A stretch of 64,000 nucleotides of DNA from contig JBPOIT010000009.1 in the NCBI GenBank assembly GCA_052034235.1, forward strand, positions 8,203 through 72,202, in the 5' to 3' direction. The number at the start of each line of letters is the position of its first letter. Position 1 is the stretch's first letter. A program made the translations under genes and the position numbers. Below are positions 30,001-39,000 of the stretch, in pieces. The notes below the pieces were generated by a model, which saw nothing but the letters and a program-made list of their open reading frames with translations, was not told where the DNA came from and did no database searches. This DNA comes from Candidatus Levyibacteriota bacterium. Lineage in GTDB: Bacteria; Patescibacteriota; Microgenomatia; Levybacterales; UBA12049.

Positions 30001-33000
30001 CACTCACCGGTAATGTCACCGCCAGTGCTGATCTTGCAGTCAACGGCGGAGATCTCACAACAACATCCGGCACTGCTGCCCTCTTCAATACTGGTGCAAC
30101 AACACTTAATATAGGCGGCGCTGCAACGACTGTTTCAATCGGCAACGCAGCTGGTACAACAACAGTCAATGGTGGTTTGACAGTTGCTAATGGTGAGACA
30201 TTCACTGCCGGCGGTCAATCAACCTTCACACCAACCGGTACCAATGGCATTGCTATCACAACCGATGCAGATTCATTCTTAACAATTGACGGCTTGGCAG
30301 CAGTAACAGGAGGTACACTTTGTGTCAACACGTCAGACCAGGTCGGAACCTGTTCAGCAGCTTCATTCAGTCTGCAAGCTGCGTACGATGCCGGCAATAA
30401 TATTACAACAACCGATGCAAAGCCTATCGACTTTGTCCTTGCAAACACCACAACAGACAGTAACTTCTCAGTTACAACTGCTGATGGATCAATTGGTCAT
30501 TCAGTCTTTGCAAGAGCAAATGGTGTCGGCACATCCGATCCAGCACAGTTGATCCTTGTTGACAATCTTGATACAAACCGTGCAGTTGCAGCTGGTATTA
30601 AAGTCCAAGCAGCTAGCGGCGGTATCACCAACGGTATTGATCTTTCAGACGCAGAAATCCTTAATGCTCTCTCACTTGGCGATAACGATATCATCTCAAC
30701 CAACTTCACACTCACCGGTTCAAATGGTAATTTGACAACAACAGGTGCAATTGCTGCGAACGGCGGTACCATTTCAACTGATGACACAACCTTCACCTTG
30801 GTCGATGCAAATGCAACAACCGTCAACTTTGCAGGCGCTGCAACAACACTTAACATTGGTGCAGGAAGCGGTACAGCAACAATCAATAACCAGACAATCA
30901 GTCTGCCAAACGCAACAGCACTTAGTGCAAGTGGTGCAACAGTGACAATTGATGCAGCTACTATCGGTGGTGGTTACGGATCAGCTGGCGTCAGTATCAC
31001 CAATGCCGGCAACATCTCAGCAAACGGTGCTTTGATCGTTGATGGTACTTCAACACTCACCGGCAATGTCAGTACCAATGGTGATATCGCAGTCAACGGC
31101 GGAGATGTCACCACAACATTTGCAACAGGAAATCTGTTTAACTCAGGAGCTACAACGCTTAACATCGGCGGTGCTGCGACAACAGTTTCACTTGGAAATG
31201 CTGGCGGTACCACAACAATTAACGGCAACTTAACACTCGGTGCAGATAAGACACTGACAACAACCGGTGCTGTCTCTCTCACTCCATCCGGCACATTGGA
31301 TGTTGCAATCACAACCGATTCAGATTCATTCCTAAACATCAGCGGTTTGACAACAACAACAGGTGCACAGCCAACCCTTTGTGTAGACGCAACGAACAAC
31401 GTTGTCAAATGTGACTTAACTGCAAATGCCAGTCTCCAAGCTGCCTATGACAATGGCAACAGTATCGCCACAACCAACAATCGCAATATTGATTTCACAT
31501 TGACAAATGACGTTACCGATTCAAACTTCTTAATCACAACAGCTGATGGTTCAACCGGTAAAACAATCTTTGCTCGAGCAAACGGTGCAGGTACAACTGA
31601 TCCAAGTCAGTTGGTTCTCATTAATAATGCTGATGCAAATCGCCCATTGCCTGTTGGTCTCGCAATCACCTCTTCAGGTGGCGGCGGTGTCACAACTGGT
31701 ATTGATTTGTCAGATGCTTCAATTGATGATGCATTGGTTCTCGGCGCAAATGACGTCGTCGGCTCAAGCTTCACCATTGATGGTTCTAATGGCAACATCC
31801 AAACTTCTGGAACTGCTGCAATCAACAGCGGCACCATTTCAACAACATCATCAACCGGCTCACTTTTTGATACCAACGCAACAACGATTACTTTAGGAAG
31901 TGCAGCAACGACCTACACAATCGGTGCAACCAATGCGACAGGAAATATCCGTGGAACAACCATCAACTTCCCGAATGCGACAACAATTAATGGCACCGCT
32001 GCAGCACTTAACGTTCTCTCATCTGCAATCGGCGGCGGTTACGGAACAGCTGGAACAACCCTTTCCGCAGCAGGTGACATTTCAGCCAACGGCGCACTCA
32101 TTGTTGACGGCACGTCAACATTAACAGGTGCTGTGACTGCATCAAACGGCGTGACCATTAACGGTGCTTCAACATCAGATTTGATTGCAGCCAAGACAAC
32201 AGCAAATCTCTTCAACACTGTTGCAACAACACTTAACATCGGCGGTGCAGCAACAACAATTAATATTGGCAATGCAGCAGGAACAACAACAGTTAATGGT
32301 GGTTTGACAGTTGCTAATGGTGAGACATTCACTGCCGGCGGTCAATCGAACTTCACACCAACCGGTACTGACGGTATCACCATCACCACAGATGCAGATT
32401 CATTCCTGACACTTAACGGCCTTGCTTCTGATCCTGGAACTGCTATTTGTATCGATGCTACAAACCATGTCATCACCTGTGACAACACATCACAAAACTT
32501 GCAAGCTGCATATGATGCTGGCAATAACATCACCACAACAGATGCACGATCCATCGACTTTGTTCTTGATGACACAACAACTGATAGTAACTTCAGTGTC
32601 ACAACAGCTGACGGTGCAACAGGTTACTCAGTCTTCTCAAGAGAGAATGGTACAGGAACAGCAGATCCAGCACAATTGATTTTGGTTGATAATGCAGATG
32701 CAAACAGACCAATCACAACCGGCATCAAAGTCACCTCCTCCGGCGGCGGCGGATTTGGAACTGGTATTGATGTTTCAGATGCAAGTATCACAACTGGCAT
32801 CGCACTTGGCGAAAACGACTTATCAGCAACCAACTTCTCGATCGTCGGCTCAACAGGTAACTTCTCAACCAATGGAGATCTTGAAGTAAAAGGCAATGAC
32901 ATCACGACAACAACAGCTGGTGTCGCTGCTGTCTTTAACACCAACGCAACAACCATTAACATCGGCGGTGCGGCAACGACATACACACTTGGCGCAACCA

Positions 33001-36000
33001 ATGCGACAGGAAATATCCGTGGTACCACGATTAACCTGCCGAACGCAACAACACTCTCAGCAACAAGCGCGACAGCGAATTTTGATATCGTCACATCGGG
33101 CGGCGGTTACAGTAACTCAGGAGTCACGCTTTCAACTGCCGGTGATATTTCAGCAAATGGCGCACTCATTGTTGATGGCACATCAACCTTGACCGGCAAT
33201 GTGACTGCAAGTGCTGATGTCGCAGTCAACGGTGGAGATCTTACAACTACTGCTGGAACAGCTTCGATCTTTAATGCCAGCGCAACCACCATCAATTTGG
33301 GTGCAGGCGCAACAACAGGTATCAACATCGGTAATGCAGCAGGTACCACAACAGTCAATAGTGCACTGACAGTTGCAGCAGCTAGAACCTTTACAGCGGG
33401 CGGCCAATCAACCTTTAATCCAGACAGCACCAATGATGTCACAATGAACCTTGATGCTGATTCATTCTTAACACTCGTCGGTCTTCAATCAGCAGCCGGC
33501 AGTGGTCTGTGTATTAACGCCACCAATCAAGTTGTTGCATGTAATGATGCATCAGAAGGTTTGCAAGCTGCATATGACAACGGCAACAGTATCACGACAA
33601 CAACTGCACGTGACATCGTCTTTAATTTGGATGACACAGCAACTGATTCAAAGTTTGCAATCAATACCCTCTCTGGTGCAGCTGGCGGTGTTGAAATCAG
33701 TAGAGCTGATGGTACCGGAACAACAGATCCAACACAATTAGTTTTGATCCAAAACCAGGATACCAACAGAGCATTGCCAATTGCACTTCGAATCACCGGT
33801 GTCGCAGGCGGCGCTGTCACAACAGCACTTGATGTTTCAAATGCAGATATTGTTACAGCAATTGCACTTGGCGCCAATGACATCACCGGCTCTGTCTTTA
33901 ATGTCACCGGCTCAAATGGTAATGTCACAGCAGGAAATGTCGCAGTCAACGGCGGAGACCTGACAACAACTGCTGGGACCTTTAACTTGGTAAATACTGG
34001 TGCGACAACACTTAATGTCGGCGGTGCTGCTACCACCTACACACTCGGTGCAACCAACGCAACCGGAAATATCCGTGGCACAACAATCAACTTCCCGAAT
34101 GCAACATCAATTGTCGGGTCAGCTGCAACAGCAAGCTTCGCACAACTCAACACAGGCGGCGGTTATGGTTCAACAGGAACGACAATCGAAGGCAATGGCA
34201 CAATTAAAACCAAAGGTAACCTGACAGTTGACGGCACTTCCCTCCTCTCAGGTATTGCAACTGCATCTGCAGGTTTGGTAATTGATGGTGTCACACAATC
34301 AAGTCTTATTGCAGTAAAATCAACAGCAAATCTGTTTAATACTGTTGCGACGACACTTAATATCGGCGGCGCAGCAACAACTGTTTCACTCGGAGCAACA
34401 GGTGGAACAACAACAGTCAATGGAGCATTAACCGTTGCAAGTGCGCAAGCATTCCAAGCACTTGGTAACGCAACGCTTGGAAATGGCGATGATACAATCG
34501 CACTTAACGGCACAACAATTACACTGACAGCAAATGGCGCAGGCAATGACATCACTGCAAATCTGGTTGACGACAACACAGATGCACTTGATATCCAGCA
34601 AGGTACAAACAACTACATCAACATCAACACCTCAAATGGTACTGAAGAAATTCAATTTGGTAACGTTTCAACCAACCCAGATTACACATTCCTCGGAACC
34701 AGTGCGATGACCGTTGGTGGAGATTTGATTGTTAACGGTGGCGACCTGTATGCAACATCTGGTACAACAGTTAACTTATTCAACACCGCACAAACTGATA
34801 ATTTGAACATCGGTACTGATGCAAATGCAACCGTTTCAATCGGCGGTGCAAGTACACTGACAACAATCAATGGCGGACTGACCGTTTCAAGTACAACACT
34901 GAACACCAATATCGGTTCCCCACTCGTCAACTTGTCAGGCAACAATGCAGTAATCGATATGTCAGGAACCGGCACACTCGGCATCAACACCACAACAGAC
35001 AGAGCCGTCAACTTCGGAGCCGGTGCATTTAGTATTGAATCAGCAACAGTAACACTTACCGGTACCAACCCAGCAATTGCTGCATCCGGTGCAAACAATC
35101 TGCAGATTAATGGCGGCGCATCAGGACTTGTTCAAATTAACAACACCTCAACAGGAAACGTCGAAATCGCCGGCGGTTCAGGTGCAACTGGTTGTACCAT
35201 CAATAACAGTACCGGCGCACTTACCTGTTCAGGAAATATCACCTCAAGTGGCAGCTCAGGAAGTGTTACTGTCGGTTACTTCAGTAAAGACTTCGCAACA
35301 GGTGTTATCTCAAATGCAACTGCGAGTGATACCCTTGCTGTGAGTACAACCAGTGTTACCCAGCCAGCACTCGCTCTCACCAACAGTTCAACTGCTGGTG
35401 CAGCAAGTGGCACAACATACATGCTTGATATCCTCCGCTCTGGTGCTAATGCAAATGCTACCCATACTGCATACGGTGTCAGATCACGAGTAACCAATAC
35501 AGGATCAGGTGAAACAAATATTGCCGGTTACTTCTCCGCTTCAGGTGATGGAACTGGGGCTTATTATGCAGGTATCTTTGATGCAGGGAATGTCGGTGTC
35601 GGAACAACTGCTCCAAATGATAAATTAGTTCTTGGTGCAGGAAACAACTTCGGTATCAATGTCGGAGCTCCAACAACACTCTCTCTCACACCAAATGTAG
35701 GTGGTGGTACATTTGCAGCTGGAACATATTACTACAAAGTGACAGCGCTTGATGCAGCTGGTAATGAAACAACAAACAGTACTGAAAGTAGTGCAACAGT
35801 TGCACTTAACGGAACTATCAATGTTGACTGGGCGGCTGTATCAGGTGCGACATCATATCGCATATACCGTGGAACATCATCCAATAATCAGACAGTTTAC
35901 TTCACATCAACAAGTGATGTGTATCTTGATACAGGAACAGCTGGAACAGCTGGAACACCTCCATCAACTGGTTTCAACAATGCATATGCAATTAAACTGC

Positions 36001-39000
36001 TTAACACAGGAAGTGCATACATCGGCGGAAACCTTGGAATCGGCGACGGCTCCCCTGCTGCCCCATTGACAGTAGGAAGTGGAGATCTGTTCCAGGTAGC
36101 ATCAACCGGTAACATTACCTTTAATTACACCAGTCCAATCATTAACTTTGCAAATACCGGATCACTCACATTAAGAGACGGCACCAATAACCTATTCACC
36201 TTTGCTGATACATCAAGCACTGCTACTACATTCAATGTCGGTGTAAATGGAACCACGAACGGACAAATCACCTTTGGATCAGTTGCCGGAGGAACTCAAT
36301 CCTCTATCGTATCGGAATCAGATGGTGACCTCTGGATCCAATCAGGAACTGCAACAACAATCGTCGGTCGTGGAACAGGTGATGTCTTAATTCAACCTCC
36401 ATCTGGCAATCAAACAACCGTCAACTTGCAGGGTTCAGGAAGTAACTTCCGTGTCCAAAACGCAGGCGCGACATTCTTTAACTTATCAAATCTTGGCGCT
36501 ACAACCTGGACTCAGCCATCAGCACAGAGCGTCACACTTGATGCCGTAACAAACGCCTCTACATTAAACTCATTAACAGCAGGTGTCTTTGATATCAATG
36601 TTGGTTCCGGTGTTAGTAGCAATGTTGGTTTCACACTTGACTACACAGGTAACAATGGCGCTGCAGCCAGTAGCAAGATGTATGGTCAGAGAATTAACCT
36701 TATCCAAAATGATGCAGACTCACAATTACTTGGTCTTACCATTGGTCTTTCAAGTGCGGTAACTAAAAGTGGTGCAAACATCGTTGACTGTCTCCTCTGT
36801 CTCTCAAATGCAGTTGCACAAACTGCATCTATCTCTGATGCAATCAGAATCACATCGACAGGCGCAACAGCTGGTTCAATAACAAACGGTATAAACATCA
36901 ACACCACAGATGTCACAACAGACATCGTTCTTCAGAATGGTGAAACGATTGATAACAATACCAACGGTGTAGTAACAATTGGTGGAGCAGATCTTACACT
37001 CTCTTCCGTTACTGGTGACTTAATATTTGGTAATGGTGAATCTATTAATAACGATACTAATGGAAGAATCACCGTTGCCGGAGCAGATTTGGCTCTCTCA
37101 TCCACAACCGGTGATGTGATCTTTGGAAATGCTGAATCAATTGATAACGATACTAATGGTGTTATCAACATAAATGGAGCCTTGCAAATTGATGCAACAA
37201 CTGACGATAATGAAAGACTCTGTCATAGTGGCGCTGATGGCGCTACTCAAACAAACATTCTTATTAGAGACTGTACAGTTTCTGGACAAGACTTTGCTGA
37301 ATGGTCAATTGTCGCCTCTTCCAGTGCAGAACCAGGAGATGTTGTTTATGTAGTCGGTAATGATCTTACGGATAACACATTAACATTGAAAGATATAACA
37401 ACAAATGCATACCAAAATAATGCATCAGGTATTATCAGTACCAATCCATTTATCGATATTCTTGGAGATGAACAATATAAAGGCAAAGCAGGTGCAAAAC
37501 CAATTGCACTTTCAGGCCGCGTCCCAGTTAAGGTTTCAACTATCAACGGTAATATAGCAGTCGGCGATCCACTCGTTGCATCGGCAATACCAGGCGTCGC
37601 TATGAAAGCCACCCAAAAAGGCATGATTATTGGTTTTGCAGAAGAAGCTTTCGATGGTACTGTCAGAGTAAGTGCACAGGTACTCAAACAAGAAGAAATA
37701 TTCAACAGTGATCTTGATGACCGTCAAGCATACAATTCTAATCCAGCAAATTGGGATTCTAGTGTGGGTAAGATCATGACAACTATCAATCCTTTCTTCT
37801 ACGATCCAACAAACATAGGACCTTCATATAATGGTCTGGGCAATTGGATTCATAACGGTAACTTCGATATCCTTGGGGATCTTACAGCGAGTGCGGCGGC
37901 TTTTGGCAATAATAGTGAATTGACGATTGATGGGACTGGGAATTTGACGACTACAGGTGCGGTTCAGACTCCTCTGCTTGATCTTTTGTCTGGAACGATT
38001 GAAGGATTGGGTGGGAATGTGATTAGTAAATTGGCAGCAGATTATACCGGACTGGATGCAAACAAATTTGTCTTTAAGAATGCAGTCAATGCAGATCTCT
38101 TCTCTATCGACAGTACGGGGAATGCAACATTGTCTGGAACGTTGACAACTAACGGCGGTAATTATGATTTGGCTGAAGATTATGCAACCAAAGATAAATC
38201 GTTGCAAGAAGGTGACGTTGTTTCAGTTGATGTTTTGTATGACGAACATGTCCAAAAATCAGCTGGAGCATATGATACAACAATAGTCGGCGTTTATTCT
38301 GAGAAACCAGGATTTAGATTGTCACAAACTGGATCTACTATTAACGGTGGACGTGCTGTTCCAATTGCACTTGCAGGTCGTGTACCAGTCAAAGTGAATA
38401 CAGAAAATGGTCCAATCAAAAAGGGTGACTATCTGACATCATCCTCCACCCCTGGCGTTGCGATGAAAGCAACCAAACCAGGACAAGTTCTTGGTAAAGC
38501 ACTTGCTGACTTTAGTGGAACGGGTGTTGGCAAAGTTGTTACCTTTATCAATGTCACCTTTGCAGATCCACAAAACAAACTTGCAATCCTGACAGATGAG
38601 GCAGCAGCACCTTCAGAGTTGAGTGCAGCAAATGTTACACTTCCAGCTAACTTAACAATTGATGGCCAGGTCGTAAATGGTTCACTCGCCGATGCACTGA
38701 CAGTTATCAGTGAAAATCTCAGTGCGAAATCTGTTTCTATCAATGCGCTGCAAGCAGATCTCTTCACAAAGACTGCTAAAGACGTTGAACAGGACACCAA
38801 ACTTGCAGAGCTCTCAGACAAACAAGCATCAGATGCAGCTAGCCTTGAGAACCAAGCCTCACTGCTAGGTGATAAAGTAGCGTCAAATGAAGCTATTATC
38901 GCTAATCTGAGTAAACAAATTGAAGATATCAATAATGCGTCCAGTTCTGCAGATGTGACAGCTCTTGAAGCCCGACTGAATGCACTTATTGCACAATTGA

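Larger units (their letters stand above)
81..34700 (+). repeat. Tandem array of ~1.1-kb (~365-aa) super-repeats inside the giant gene. At least two subfamilies: type A (...ENLDTDEALPAGIKIQSAAGGITNG...) and type B (...DNADADRxLPVGLxISSxGGGGxTTG...), plus ~100-aa sub-repeats (AVNGGDLTTT..TFNLLN..ATTLNIGG.ATT.SIGA.TGTTT.NN).
   Basis: The Cys-motif anchors fall at nt ~81, 1170, 2270, 4425, 5510, 6636, 8795, 9905, 11020, 12140, 16358, 17265, 18340, 19460, 20582, 22028, 23152, 24258, 26002, 27130, 29266, 30322, 31382, 32456 and 33512. Spacing is ~1.06-1.13 kb, or ~1.7-2.2 kb where an insert module is present. Confidence 0.8.
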
